This document shows, piece after piece, positions 26,801-38,743 of a DNA stretch of 64,000 bases; positions within the stretch are counted from its first letter, which is position 1; each line of letters begins with the position of its first letter. A program made the position numbers and the translations under genes. This DNA comes from Macrostomum lignano. Taxonomy: Eukaryota. Where the stretch lies: contig NIVC01000703.1 in assembly GCA_002269645.1 (NCBI GenBank), forward strand, positions 62,001 to 126,000. Direction: 5' to 3'. The notes below the pieces were generated by a model. The model was not told the origin of the DNA and searched no databases. It saw only the letters and a list, made by a program, of their open reading frames with translations.

Positions 26801-26963
26801 CGATTTCGCATTGTAGCCAGTCTTGCTGTTAGCTGAAGCAGCAATTTAGTTTATCCTGACGCCAGGGCCGGGAGTTAAAGCGCTAATCTGCAGAAGCAAT
26901 CCAAACAATTAAACACAGATAAGCAGGTTGGATAATAACAATATAACTTGTTTTATATAAGCG

Positions 26964-27099
26964 ATGGAGCTTCCGATTGATGGCCAGCAGATTCTGCAAC
27001 AGCATCAGCACATGCCTCTGCTTCTGCGAAGCATTGGAGATGACGAGGTCGGAGTCTACGCGGCCGAACTGCAGCAGCAGCAATCGAGCTATCTGCACC
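26964..27099 (+). CDS. FoxF: FoxF exon 1 (MELPIDGQQ...SSYLH, phase-1 donor GTAAGT)
   Basis: ATG 26964, open frame, donor at 27100, phase matches next exon. Confidence 0.7.
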
Positions 27100-27269
27100 G
27101 TAAGTTTGCCGTGGGAATCTCCACCGTCTCATGATGTAGTTCATTCTCCAGCCTTCGAGATGAGTACTTCTTGGAAAATTCCCTCGAATCTTTTAGGCTA
27201 AAAGAAGATATATGGAGTGGGGATAATTCGAAAAGTCCTCAAATTATGAAATTAAGAAGCTAATGAGGC

Positions 27270-27708
27270 CATGCTAAGAATGTAAGAGGCCAAGCTAAGA
27301 ATCTAAGGAGGCCAAGCTAAGAAGCTAAGGAGGCCAAGCTAAGAATCTAAGGAGGCCAAGCTAAGAAGCTAAGGAGGCCAAGCTAAGAATCTAAGGAGGC
27401 CAAGCTAAGAAGCTAAGGAGGCCAAGCTAAGAATCTAAGGAGGCCAAGCTAAGAAGCTAAGGAGGCCAAGCTAAGAAGCTAAGGAGGCCAAGCTAAGAAT
27501 CTAAGGAGGCCAAGCTAAGAATCTAAGGAGGCCAAGCTAAGAAGCTAAGGAGGCCAAGCTAAGAAGCTAAGGAGGCCAAGCTAAGAATCTAAGGAGGCCA
27601 AGCTAAGAATCTAAGGAGGCCAAGCTAAGAAGCTAAGGAGGCCAAGCTAAGAAGCTAAGGAGGCCAAGCTAAGAAGCTAAGGAGGCCAAGCTAAGAAGCT
27701 AAGGAGGC
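27270..27708. repeat. 22-bp minisatellite (ctaagaagctaaggaggccaag)n in FoxF intron 1
   Basis: About 20 copies. Confidence 0.97.
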
Positions 27709-27728
27709 CATTTCGCATTCATTCGCAG

Positions 27729-28121
27729 GCTTCGCCTCGCCAATCAGCGCCGGTAGTCCGCAGCACCAGCAGCTGCAGCTGCCGCGGTCGCACGAATCCG
27801 CCACCCTGCTGATCGCCTGCCCGGGCCAGCCCTGGGACTCCCCTTCGGGCATCTCCTCTTCCGCGGCCGCTCAGCAGTCCGCAGTCGTCACCAGTGCCAC
27901 CGCCGGTGCCGCTGCTGCCGCCGCTGGCGTCGCCGCCTTCCACGAGGAGGTGGCGAACAGCTCAGGTGCGGACAGCGGCCTCGGACACGCGGACGACAGC
28001 GGCCACGTCGCGGGAGCAGCTGGCGGTGTCAGCGGCGGCGCCACGGACAGCGAAGGCGAGAAGGGCCAGCAGCAGCAGTGCAGCGGGAGGAAAGCTGGCG
28101 GCCAGGCCCAGGTGCAGTCAG
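27729..28121 (+). CDS. FoxF: FoxF exon 2 (Ala/Gly/Ser-rich)
   Basis: ttcgcag acceptor, 393 bp open frame, CAG|GTGAGT donor, phase 1/1. Confidence 0.8.
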
Positions 28122-28194
28122 GTGAGTGGCAGATTTCTTTGCTATTGATAATAGATGGCAATAATGTGCTTGTGAAATTGCTCGAGGCGTGTCT

Positions 28195-28437
28195 GTGATG
28201 TCACTGCAATGTGACTGTGATGTGACTGTGATGTCACTGCAATGTGACTGTGATGTGACTGTGATGTCACTGCAATGTGACTGTGATGTAGCTGTGATGT
28301 CAACTGTGATGTCACTGCAATGTGACTGTGATGTGGCTGTGATGTCACTGCGATGTGACTGCAATGTGACTATGATGTGACTGCGATGTGACTGTGAGGT
28401 GATTGCGATGTGACTGTGATGTGACTGTGATGTGACT
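28195..28437. repeat. Minisatellite (tgtgatgtcactgcaatgtgac-type) in FoxF intron 2
   Basis: Degenerate 11/22-bp units. Confidence 0.9.
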
Positions 28438-29493
28438 CTATTATGCAGCTCTACTACCATGATACCACCAGACAGAAAGTTGTGGTGTAGGCAGTCAAAA
28501 ATTAGAGAAGGATCGCATTGCAAAGCAACTTGGGACTAACAAGGACCTTCTTGTCTTTGCCCGCCCAAATCAGTGACTCCGCACACTTGGCTTCGCTCTC
28601 TCACGGCCACTTTGCCGCCACTAAACTTCTCCCACTTCTTCATCCTCTTGACGCCTCCCCGCTGGGCGGCCCCTGGCTTTGAAGGGCTGAAAATGATTTG
28701 GAAACCCCTGCCGAGCGGGAGAAGTTACTCCGAGGACCGACCGGGATCGCCTGTCTGTCCTTCTCAGCTAAAATTTCATGACAATTTTTTTCGCGTTTTT
28801 AACAAAAAACTACAACTGAAAATCCCGCGCGACGTGACTGTCAGAGGAATTATGGCTGTGTCAAAAATGCCACCCAGACAGATTCATGACAGCTGACAGA
28901 GGGCCAGAATGTCTATGGCAGAGAGCCGCAGGTTGCAGGCGCAGTACGGACCGGGTCAGCTGTCCCGCAAAAAGTCACCCACAGCAGGCGCGCAACGCCA
29001 GCGAGGAGCGCCTTCGGTTGCGCAAGATTTTTCGGTCCTGTCAGCAAGAAAAATAATTCGCCTCATTATGCATGCGGAACCCCCGTCGTCCCCCCCCGCA
29101 TTCGAGCCCGAAACTCGACGGGGAGTCGCCGCCGGAGAATTCGATATCCCCTCCCACTGCGGCTCTGTTTCGAATATCGGGCGCGGCCGCAGTGTCTCGT
29201 CTTTCAGAGCTCGCAGCAGGGCGTCCCACGCGGGCCTCTCACACAGTGAGACAGTCAGTTTAGCATTTCAACGGCACCTCGGTGCAGAAGGCTGCAAAAG
29301 GCTTACTGGGGCCTTGACCCAGTATTATGAGCTTTTTTTCACAGTCTGGCTTTCTGACTTTCATTCGTGAATGAGCAAATCAAGGCCTGTAATTCACAGC
29401 CAGCCAGGGCGGCCTGACTATTCTCACCTAATTTGGGAAAGGGGATGCACTGTTAGGCGTCCTGAATTGCAGTTGAGGAGGCAGAGGGAAATG

Positions 29494-30682
29494 AGTGAGC
29501 ATGCTAGTGTGTTCATGAGTTCATGAGTGAGTTCATGAGTTCATGAGTGAGTTCATGAGTGAGTTCATGAGTTCATGAGTGAGTTCATGAGTGAGTTCAT
29601 GAGTGAGTTCATGAGTGAGTTCATGAGTTCATGAGTGAGTTCATGAGTGAGCATGCTAGTGTGTTCATGAGTTCATGAGTGAGTTCATGAGTTCATGAGT
29701 GAGTTCATGAGTGAGTTCATGAGTTCATGAGTGAGTTCATGAGTGAGTTCATGAGTGAGTTCATGAGTGAGTTCATGAGTTCATGAGTGAGTTCATGAGT
29801 GAGTTCATGAGTTCATGAGTGAGTTCATGAGTGAGTTCATGAGTGAGTTCATGAGTGAGTTCATGAGTTCATGAGTGAGTTCATGAGTGAGTTCATGAGT
29901 GAGTTCATGAGTTCATTAGTTCATGAGTGAGTCCATGAGTTCATGGGTTCATGAGTGAGTGAGTGAGTGAGTGAGTGAGTAAGTGAGTGAGTGAGTGAGT
30001 GAGTGAGTGAGTGAGTGAGTGAGTGAGTGAGTGAGTGAGTGAGTGAGTGAGTGAGTGAGTGAGTAAGTGAGTGAGTGAGTGAGTGAGTGAGTGAGTGAGT
30101 GAGGGAGTGAGTGAGTGAGTGAGTGAGTGAGTGAGTGAGTGAGTGAGTGAGTGAGTGAGTGAGTGAGTAAGTGAGTTCATGAGTGAGTCCATGAGTTCAT
30201 GGGTTCATGAGTGAGTGAGTGAGTGAGTGAGTGAGTGAGTGAGTGAGTGAGTGAGTGAGTGAGTGAGTGAGTGAGTGAGTGAGTGAGTGAGTTCATGAGT
30301 GAGTCCATGAGTTCATGGGTTCATGAGTGAGTGAGTGAGTGAGTGAGTGAGTGAGTGAGTGAGTGAGTGAGTGAGTGAGTGAGTGAGTGAGTGAGTGAGT
30401 GAGTGAGTGAGAGAGTGAGTGAGTGAGTGAGTAAGTGAGTGAGTGAGTGAGTGAGTGAGTGAGTGAGTGAGTGAGTGAGTGAGTGAGTGAGTGAGTGAGT
30501 GAGTGAGTGAGTGAGTGAGTGAGTGAGTGAGTGAGTGAGTGAGTGAGTGAGTGAGTGAGTGAGTGTGTGAGTGAGGGAGTGAGTGAGTGAGTGAGTGAGT
30601 GAGTGTGTGAGTGAGGGAGTGAGTGAGGGAGTCAGTGAGTGAGGGAGTGAGTGAGTGAGTGAGGGAGTGAGTGAGGGAGTGA
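29494..30682. repeat. Compound (GAGTTCAT[GAGT])n / (GAGT)n repeat in FoxF intron 2
   Basis: Same architecture as 15226-16157. Confidence 0.96.
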
Positions 30683-31294
30683 GAGGCGGGGGGTTGGTCA
30701 CGCGGCCGCATGAAAGGAAGTGAGCATCGAACAGATTCTGCAAGCGATAATTTCCCGGCAGCAGCAGTCGCAGTCATGCGGACAGGAAATGCTGCAGCGG
30801 CCTCCCCTCCGCTGTAATCAGCGCAGCTGCAGGGCATCCGCTGCCGCCGCGAGCCTTTGGCGCTGAGAAATTTCGCACGGGCCAGAATTTCAGCCAGATC
30901 GGTGCAGCTGATAAGCTGGGCCCGAACTGACTGACTGCTCACTGATTTGGCATCGCTCTGCTGCCCCCAACAATTCTCCGTCACTTTCCTGTCGAATTTC
31001 TTGCCAGCCTCCGCCCAGCGACTGCATGGCAACTGTTTGAATGCCGGTATCGCAGCTGCAGAATCTGCTGACCGTTTCCGGTCGTTCGGGGCTCAGAAAT
31101 TTGTGCTATAAATTAAATTTGACTAATATAGAAGCACAACAATGTCCCCCATCCCCAGAAGGCATTCTGCGCCGCCGCTCTCTCACGGGTGAAATTTGAT
31201 AGGGTCAGCTTGGTTCTGCCCGGTCCATCTGCATTGCGGACATCAGTCAGGGCAGATCAGGCCACACATTTCATACTTATAATGTCCCCCCACT

Positions 31295-32122
31295 GAATCC
31301 CACACACTGAATCCCACCCACTCAATCCCACCCACTCAATCTCACCCATTCAATCCCACCCACTCAATCCCACTCACTCAATCCCACTCACTCAATCCCA
31401 CCCACTCAATCCCACCCACTCAAACCCACCCACTCAATCCCACCCACTCAATCCCACTTACTCAATCCCACCCACTCAATCCCACTCACTCAATCCCACC
31501 CACTTAATCCCACCCACTCAATCCCACCCACTCAATCCCACCCACTCAATCCCACCCACTCAATCCCACCCACTCAATCCCACCCACTCAATCCCACCCA
31601 CTCAATCCCACCCACTCAATCCCACTCACTCAATCCCACCCACTCAATCCCACCCACTCAAACCCACCCATTCAATCCCACCCACTCAAACCCATCCATT
31701 CAATCCCACCCACTCAATCCCACCCATTCAATCCCACTCACTCAATCCCACCCACTCAATCCCACTCACTCAATCCCACCCACTCAATCCCACCCACTCA
31801 AACCCACCCATTCAATCCCACCCACTCAAACCCACCCATTCAATCCCACCCACTCAATCCCACCCATTCAATCCCACTCACTCAATACCACCCACTCAAT
31901 CCCACTCACTCAATCCCATCCACTCAATCCCACCCACTCAATCCCACCCACTCAATCCCACTCACTCAATCCCACCCACTCAATCCCACCCACTCAATCC
32001 CACTCACTCAATCCCACCCACTCAATCCCACCCACTCAATCCCACCCACTCAATCCCACCCACTCAATCCCACCCACTCAATCCCACCCACTCAATCCCA
32101 CCCATTCAATCCAAATCCCAAT
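31295..32122. repeat. 14-bp minisatellite (cactcaatcccacc)n in FoxF intron 2
   Basis: Direct reading. Confidence 0.97.
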
Positions 32123-32141
32123 CCACTTCCCCATCCGGCAG

Positions 32142-32351
32142 GCGGGCGCAGGGCCGAGAAGCCGCCGTACTCGTACATCGCGCTAATCGTGATGGCCATC
32201 CAGGCGTCGCCGCAGAAGCGGTGCACCCTGGCTGAGATCTACCAGTACCTGCAGGAGAATTTCGACTTCTTCCGCGGCCAGTACCAGGGCTGGAAGAACT
32301 CGGTGCGGCACAATCTGTCGCTAAACGAATGCTTCATCAAGATGCCGAAAG
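32142..32351 (+). CDS. FoxF: FoxF exon 3, forkhead domain N-part
   Basis: [68 protein letters not shown] matches the FoxF signature; exon absent from the ORF track. Confidence 0.96.
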
Positions 32352-32617
32352 GTGAGTCTTAGTTGCTCATGTCAGTGTGCTCAACAAGTACTGGTCGCTA
32401 AGTTCAAATGCAGGCAGTTCACAGGCATTTTTAGCCTGGAACGAGCATGGATTATTGAATTTAAAAACAGGACAAAATGCCTAAAATTCCATTCCGATGA
32501 TCAGATTCAGGATTTTTTGGCGCTTTGAATTTTCGCGCCAACTTTTGAAACGGTTGAGCAAGGGTCGAAGTTTTTAACTTAAGGGCCAAGTAAAAATTCT
32601 GACGCATGGCTGCAGCG

Positions 32618-33690
32618 CAGAGGAGAGAGGAGTAAAGAGGGAATAGAGGAGAGAGAGGAGTTGAGAGGGAATAGAGGAGAGACAGGAGTAAAGAGGGAAT
32701 AGAGGAGAGAGAGGAGTAAAGAGGGAATAGAGGAGAGAGAGGAGTAAAGAGGGAATAGAGGAGAGAGAGGAGTAAAGAGGGAATAGAGGAGAGAGAGGAG
32801 TAAAGAGGGAATAGAGGAGAGAGAGGAGTAAAGAGGGAATAGAGGAGAGAGAGGAGTAAAGAGGGAATAGAGGAGAGAGAGGAGTTGAGAGGGAATAGAG
32901 GAGAGAGAGGAGTAAAGAGGGAATAGAGGAGAGAGAGGAGTAAAGAGGGAATAGAGGAGAGAGAGGAGTAAAGAGGGAATAGAGGAGAGAGAGGAGTTGA
33001 GAGGGAATAGAGGAGAGAGAGGAGTTGAGAGGGAATAGAGGAGAGAGAGGAATTAAGAGGGAATAGAGAGAGAGAGGTGAGAGAAGAGAAGAGAGGAGAG
33101 AGAGGTGAGAGGGAATAGAAGAGAGAGAGAGGTGAGAGAAGAGAAGAGAGGAGAGAGAGGTGAGAGGGAATAGAAGAGAGAGAGAGAGGTGAGAGAAGAG
33201 AAGAGAGGAGAGAGAGGTGAGAGGGAATAGAAGAGAGAGAGAGAGGTGAGAGAAGAGAGGAGAGGAGAGAGAGGTGAGAGGGAATAGAAGAGAGGAGAGA
33301 GAGGTGAGAGGGAATAGAAGAGAGAGAGAGGTGAGAGAAGAGAAGAGAGGAGAGAGAGGTGAGAGGGAATAGAAGAGAGAGAGAGGTGAGAGAAGAGAGG
33401 AGAGGAGAGAGAGGTGAGAGGGAATAGAAGAGAGAGAGAGAGGTGAGAGAAGAGAAGAGAGAGAGAGGTGAGAGAAGAGAAGAGAGAGAGAGGTGAGATA
33501 AGAGAAGAGAGGAGAGAGAGGTGAGAGGGAATAGAAGAGAGAGAGAGGTGAGAGAAGAGAAGAGAGGAGAGAGCAGTTAAGAGGGAATAGAGGGGAGAGA
33601 GGAGTTGAGAGGGAATAGAGGAAAGAGAAGAGAGGGGAGACGAGAGAAGATCGGAGAGAGGGGAGAAGAGATGAGAGAGGAGATCTGAGA
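32618..33690. repeat. Purine-rich (GA) minisatellites in FoxF intron 3
   Basis: gagggaatagaggagagagaggagtaaa and related units. Confidence 0.95.
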
Positions 33691-34214
33691 AGAGACACAA
33701 ACCATGACCGGGCCGGATTGCTATTGTGAAGTTTCAAAGGGCCAGATAGACAGAGGCTTCGTGGGCTGGAGCAGGGAATGCTCTACATATGTAGAATATT
33801 CCCTGGCTGGAGCTTGCTATATTAAGGAGACCCGGATATGAAAAGTCCCTGCAAAAATACATAAATAAGTTATGAAAAAACAATACTATTAGCCATTCTA
33901 AAAGCCTTGATCGAGTCTGCAAACCGCCTGTGTCAAGTTTTACTGCATCTCAGCAATGAGTTTTTCAGTCCTAAAGCGACAAATCGAATAGAAAAAAGCA
34001 GACTGACAAACAACAAAAGCAACAAAAGAAAGCAAGCAACAGAGCCAGTTTGGTGATTGGGATCTTGGCGGACATCCGGGTCGGTTCTCCCAACTTCCTG
34101 ACCCCCGATGCGTGTCCCCCCCTGGCCCGTCATTTCCCCTTAGCAACACATGTGCAATCCCGGCTCGGTCTCAGCATCCCCCAACTCTGGTAACAGTCAA
34201 GGAGAACCAACCAG

Positions 34215-34468
34215 ACCTCTGGAGTGACGGCTTCTGATCAAAGCATCATTTTCAGACCACCGTAGTCTGACTGCAGAGCCTGGAGTGACGGCTCCTGCCC
34301 TGACCCCCATTTTCAGACCACCGTAGGCTGACTGCAGAGCCTGGAGTGACGGCTCCTGCCCTGACCCCCATTTTCAGACCACTGTAGGCTGACTGCAGAC
34401 CTCTGGAGTGACGGCTCCTGCCCTGACCCCCATTTTCAGACCACTGTAGGCTGACACCAGAGCCTGGA
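34215..34468. repeat. Tandem repeat of about 61 bp, about 4 copies
   Basis: cctggagtgacggctcctgccctgacccccattttcagacca repeated with period 61. Confidence 0.88.
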
Positions 34469-35064
34469 GACTGGAGGAGTAGTTGCGGCTCCAGCCAAAG
34501 CTAGCCCTCATTCCAGACTCCCAAGTTGCCACTCCAGGCTTTGGTTGTGGGACTCCTTGGCTCAGCGGAGGCCGGGGCTCCCCAAGGCAAAATAAACGCC
34601 GCTCGCCGGGGCGCCGCCGCAGCTGGCCGGCCCTCGGCCGCCCCTCAGCTCGGCACAGCAACTCGAGAAGTCGAGTGGGTCCGCGCAACCCCCCCCCCAT
34701 CCCCATTAGCGAAGTGGCGGCAGCGCAGATACCATCGAACTTCGAACCCAATTGTTGCAGATTTGCGTTGCGCGGGAGATTAGGGAGGGAGGGGGGCTGC
34801 GGCAGTCAGGTGTGGGGCGGGAGGCGGCCCATCCGCGACTTGGATTCGACATTCGGGACAGTGTCCGAGTGCATGATGCCGCGGGGACAGGCGCGCCATC
34901 AACCCGTGACAGCCCCGGGGATGGGTTGGAGCGATATTACTGCGTTTTTAAAAACACCCTTATAGTGGAGGGACATCTAGCCTTTAGGCGATTTTTTAGC
35001 ACTTTGATCCTTGACAGCCTTTTGGTTGTAAATTTCAAATCGTTTAGCAGTGTTGCCTCAACTC

Positions 35065-35365
35065 CCATGTCCCAATCCCCTCAACTTTCACATCCCCATC
35101 CCCTCAAATCCGAAATCCCCATCCACACAACTCCCAAATCCCCATCCCTCAACTCCAAAATCCCCATCCACTCAACTCCCAAATCCCCATCCTCTCAACT
35201 CCCAGCTCCTTATCCCTCAACTCTCACAAATTCATCCCCTCAAATCCCACATCCCCATCACCTCAACTCCCAAATCCCCATCCCTTCAACTCCCACATCC
35301 CCATCCCTCAACACCCAAATTCCCATCCCCCTAACTCCCAAATCCCCATCCTCCAAAAATCCCAA
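35065..35365. repeat. Degenerate minisatellite (ctcaactcccaaatccccatcc)
   Basis: Direct reading, upstream of FoxF exon 4 acceptor. Confidence 0.85.
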
Positions 35366-35402
35366 AGCCAGCTCAGCACCAGCCACCCCGCCGCCCCAGC
35401 AG

Positions 35403-35817
35403 GAGTCGGTCGCCCCGGCAAAGGTCACTACTGGACCATCGACCAGCAGGCGGAGTTCATCCTGGAGGATGGCAGCTACCGGCGGCGACCGCGCGGCTTC
35501 CGGCGCAAATCTGGTCACGTGACCGGGATGGAGGCGGCGGCAGAGAAGGCTCCGTTCGGCCTCGCTGGCTGCTTCTCTGTGCAGGCGGACTCGCCAGGCT
35601 TGGGCCCGGCCGCCTGCCAGCTGCAGCTGCCGCAGAGCCAGCATCCGCAACTCTGCATCACTCCGTCTAAGGCCGAGGCTGACGCAGAGCTGGAAGCGGA
35701 GGCACAGCAGCAGCAACAGCAGCAGCAGCAGCAGCAGCTGTACCCGCAGCATCACCAGATGCAGCATCAGTTCCACCAGCTGCACCAGTTTGCGTGCCAC
35801 TCGCCTGTTGGCTTGGA

Positions 35818-35849
<32 letters not shown>

Positions 35850-36235
35850 TGCACCTGTTTGATTACAGCCACTGGTATCAGCAGCAGCAGGCGTTCCCGC
35901 AGCCGGATCAGAGCTGCGGTTACCCAGTGCAGCAGCAGCAGCAGCAGCAGCAAATGGCGACCAACTTCGCCGCATATGGAGGCTACCCGGGTGTTTCCGC
36001 CGCTGCCGCCGCCGCCTACCACTGGGGCGCCCCCGGCTACCCGGTGGTATCAACGGATCAACAGCAGCAGCAGCAGCAGCAACAGCAACAACAACCGGAC
36101 CTTCTGGCTGCCGCGGCTGCAGCCGCTGCCGCTGCAGCTGCCGCCGCAGCCAATGGCGACTCCGAGCTGCCAGCCTCTCCGTACTACCAGCACCAGCACC
36201 AGCACCAGCTGTGCCAGCCGGCCAACTGCCTCTGA
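35403..36235 (+). CDS. FoxF: FoxF exon 4, forkhead wing region plus Q/A-rich C-terminus
   Basis: [36 protein letters not shown] continues the domain in phase; stop 36233-36235; AATAAA about 30 nt downstream. Total 523 aa. Confidence 0.95.
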
Positions 36236-36950
36236 CTTGGCTGCACTTTTATTTGAGTATCCCCAATAAAAATTAATCCTTTCCATTGATGTGCGAGAGT
36301 ATCGATTTTTTTTCACTGACGAATCGCTGTCGTATTCCAAGAAAGCCACGGACTCTGAGCGGCTGGTTTGTTTGCAATTTTCTGCTTTTGAGTCTCTTTT
36401 TCTGTCATTAAATGCTTATTATTTCTCCACTACTGTCTCAGCATGCAGTGCTCCCTTGTAAATAGATTCAAGGTTTTTTCTGTTACCTATTTCTCAATAA
36501 GCGTTTTTTCGAATTGTTATAATTATATTTTCGAACTAACCTGACACTCAAGAGCTCGGCGGTTACCTTGCCAAATGCGCGGACTTTACTATAATAAAAA
36601 TATATATCAAATACATAGCGATACCAGCTCGAGCTTTGCATTGTCGAATCTTTGTCTGTAGCCTGCAGTACATGCGGTTCGATACCAATATTTTATTGGT
36701 AAACTGCAACCTAAACTCAGTACGCAGAGAACACATTGATCATGTGACTGTAAACAATGACTGCCATAAAAGTTACTCCATACATGTATATGACGCAATA
36801 AAATAGTATATAAAATGTTAATCACACAGAGAAATATGAAGGCTGAGCTCTAGTTGTAACTATAAGTCTAATCTGAGGCTTGAAGGATGTCAATCAAAGT
36901 CAAGCAACTCTGCAGTCCTGAGCAAAAAACTGAAGCGACTGACGGGCGCC

Positions 36951-37055
36951 TCATCGCACCTGAGGGAACACGTAGGCGCACATGAGGCGGAAGGCGCGCC
37001 GGTGCTTGCGGCAGAAATTGGCAAATTCGTGGAAGTAGATCAGCTTGCTTTTGTC
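36951..37055 (-). CDS. EF-hand protein exon 4 (DKSKLIYFHEFANF...PQVR*)
   Basis: Acceptor ttcccgcgcag; completes the EF loop DEDKSKLIYFHE. Confidence 0.8.
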   Translation of the reverse strand, partial: DKSKLIYFHEFANFCRKHRRAFRLMCAYVFPQVR

Positions 37056-37149
37056 CTGCGCGGGAAATTGCAGAATTTAACGAATGTGTCTTGATATTTT
37101 CTCGTTTTACTGTTGCTCCCATGAGACCTTGAAGCTTTCGGACCGCTTC

Positions 37150-37378
37150 TTCCACTTCTTCCGCTTCCCATAGTCTGTTTCCGCTTCCCATAGTCTGTTT
37201 CCGCTTCCCATTGTCTGTTTCCGCTTCCCATTGTCTGTTTCCGCTTCCCATTGTCTGTTTCCGCTTCCCATTTGCCTGTTTCCGCTTCCCATTTGCCTGT
37301 TTCCGCTTCCCATTTGCCTGTTTCCGCTTCCCATTTGCCTGTTTCCGCTTCCCATTGTCTGTTTCTACTTCCCGTTGT
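37150..37378. repeat. Minisatellite of about 21 bp (ttccgcttcccattgtctgt) in EF-hand intron 3
   Basis: Direct reading. Confidence 0.93.
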
Positions 37379-37406
37379 CTATTTACATTTCCCAATGACC
37401 GCTCAC

Positions 37407-37531
37407 CTCGTCAGCCCTGGCAAAGAAGTTCTGCATAGTGGTCTCGTCGTCTACAAAGTTAGCGAGGAACCGGCAGAACTCGTCTTCTGAGATCGTGCCG
37501 CTCTGGTCCTCGTCCATCACCGAGAACAGAA
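37407..37531 (-). CDS. EF-hand protein exon 3 (VLFSVMDEDQSGTISEDEF...ARADE)
   Basis: Canonical EF loop DEDQSGTISEDE; tttttccag acceptor, GAG|GTGAGC donor. Confidence 0.88.
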
Positions 37532-37821
37532 CTGGAAAAAATTTGGCAGTTTGTGGACTCATCATCCTTTGCTTGCTACTGACAGTAGCTAGTTGAAGAT
37601 TTTTTTGCAAGCAAAGATATTTTCGTTTAATGAGCAATTGTGCATACTCGGTGATCTTAATTAATAATTTCACTTGTCCAGCACGACAGTGCGACAGTAA
37701 TAGAAAATATAATATTTTGCTCAGGACATTACTGACTGGCCCACCACCTCAATTCCAAAGACACGCACTTCCTCAACCTCGGCCACAAGCAGCAACTTTC
37801 TCTCTTGAGACATCTACCTAC

Positions 37822-38390
37822 TTCACTCCCTGCTGCACCCACCTCACTCCCTGTCGCACCCACCCCACTCCCTGCCGCACCCACCCCACTCCCTGCCGCA
37901 CCCACCTCACTCCTTGTCGCACCCACCCACTCCATTCCGCACCCACCCCACTCCCTGCCGCACCCACCATACTCCCTGCTGCACCCACCACACTCCCTGT
38001 CGCACCCACCCCACTCCCTGCCGCACCCACCCCACTCCCTGCCGCACCCACCCCACTCCCTGCCGCACCCACCCCACTCCCTGCCGCACCCACCCCACTC
38101 CCTGCCGCACCCACCATACTCCCTGCTGCACCCACCACACTCCCTGTCGCACCCACCCCACTCCCTGCCGCACCCACCCCACTCCCTGCCGCACCCACCC
38201 CACTCCCTGCCGCACCCACCCCACTCCCTGCCGCACCCACCCCACTCCCTGCCGCACCCACCCCACTCCCTGCCGCACCCACCCCACTCCCTGCCGCACC
38301 CACCCCACTCCCTGCCGCACCCACCCCACTCCCTGCCGCACCCACCCCACTCCCTGCCGCACCCACCCCACTCCCTACCGCACCCACCCC
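37822..38390. repeat. 21-bp minisatellite (cccactccctgccgcacccac)n in EF-hand intron 2
   Basis: Direct reading. Confidence 0.97.
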
Positions 38391-38396
38391 GCTTAC

Positions 38397-38565
38397 CACG
38401 CAACCTCTCGGGGTCCGGCCCGCTGCCTGCCGACTGGCTGAGCTGGCAGAGACGCACATAGCCGGCTAGCGTGAGCCGCTCCGAGTCGGCGAGGGCCCGG
38501 AAGACGGCCAGTTGATCCGACACGTCATGCTCAAATCGCGATCCCGAGTAGAGAGCACGGAAATC
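38397..38565 (-). CDS. EF-hand protein exon 2 (DFRALYSG...PERLR)
   Basis: Acceptor cgcag, donor GTAAGC, phases 0/1 match neighbours. Confidence 0.8.
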
Positions 38566-38743
38566 CTGCGTTACAACATTATGCATGCTATTGATGCTGT
38601 AAGCTTCCACCGTAACTCCACTCTCCACATCTCAATCTTACTGTAAGATTTAAGCACAGTACTAGAATATTTTAGCAACTAAATGAGCTGTGGACATAGC
38701 TACTTCTATAGTGTTTTTACTTTAGCAACTTTCTTTTCCCTCT

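Noticed and set aside
17900-26900. FoxC/FoxL1/FoxQ1 cluster partners next to FoxF
   Set aside because: No second forkhead-coding sequence found in the window.
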